Shown piece after piece: positions 13,438-13,576 of a stretch of 13,576 nucleotides of DNA. Position numbers and translations under genes: made by a program. Position 1 is the stretch's first letter. Every line of letters starts with the position of its first letter. Origin of the DNA: a virus; IMG/VR virus record IMGVR_UViG_3300045988_080276, positions 1 through 13,576 of that record, one strand, 5' to 3'. The notes beneath the pieces are model-generated. The model did no database searches and had not been told where the DNA came from. It saw only the letters and a list, made by a program, of their open reading frames with translations.

Positions 13438-13576
13438 TAGAATAAGTGACGACTTTGTATGATATTGTCAGACAATTTAATGTTATAGTTATCTAGCAAT
13501 ATTCATGCCAGTTTTTTGCAATTATGAACAGATTGGGGAAATGTTAACAATTTGTTCACAGGTTGGTCTTGCCAAG

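Larger units (their letters stand above)
12147..13576. repeat. Right inverted terminal repeat (ITR), 1,430 bp
   Basis: It is the reverse complement of 1-1430. See the left ITR feature. Confidence 0.9.

Overview
The window looks like a complete small linear dsDNA phage genome of the phi29 type, meaning a protein-primed, Picovirinae-like podovirus. GC content is low, and nearly every gene is preceded by a Firmicutes-style GGAGG ribosome-binding site. Position x is the exact reverse complement of position 13577-x for x = 1..1430, so the molecule ends in 1,430-bp inverted terminal repeats (ITRs). That leaves only 12,146 bp of non-redundant sequence.

Between the ITRs all genes run leftward on the minus strand, in this order:
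- a 124-aa hypothetical protein
- a candidate terminal protein
- a family-B protein-primed DNA polymerase (YSDTDS motif)
- two mini-ORFs
- a SpoVG-like protein
- a gp16-like packaging ATPase
- a consensus promoter feeding a ~72-nt structured RNA
- a scaffold protein with PGQVT repeats
- a gp8-like capsid protein
- a BhlA-like holin
- an NlpC/P60 lysin
- a gp9-like tail knob
- a gp10-like portal
- a collar protein
- an SGNH-esterase tail fibre

Each ITR carries a near-consensus promoter, an acidic 78/85-aa gene, a hairpin terminator and the 3' three quarters of the tail-fibre gene. The ITR edge falls 7 codons upstream of the esterase catalytic serine.

The points most worth follow-up are:
- the oversized, perfectly homogenised ITR and its degenerate inner junction
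- the duplicated terminal early gene
- the antisense and read-through layout at the right end
- the promoter-proximal three-way-junction RNA beside the packaging ATPase, which could be a pRNA, attenuator or put-like element
- the SpoVG-like protein

All family assignments come from motifs read by eye and from remembered phi29 sequences. No database search was run.
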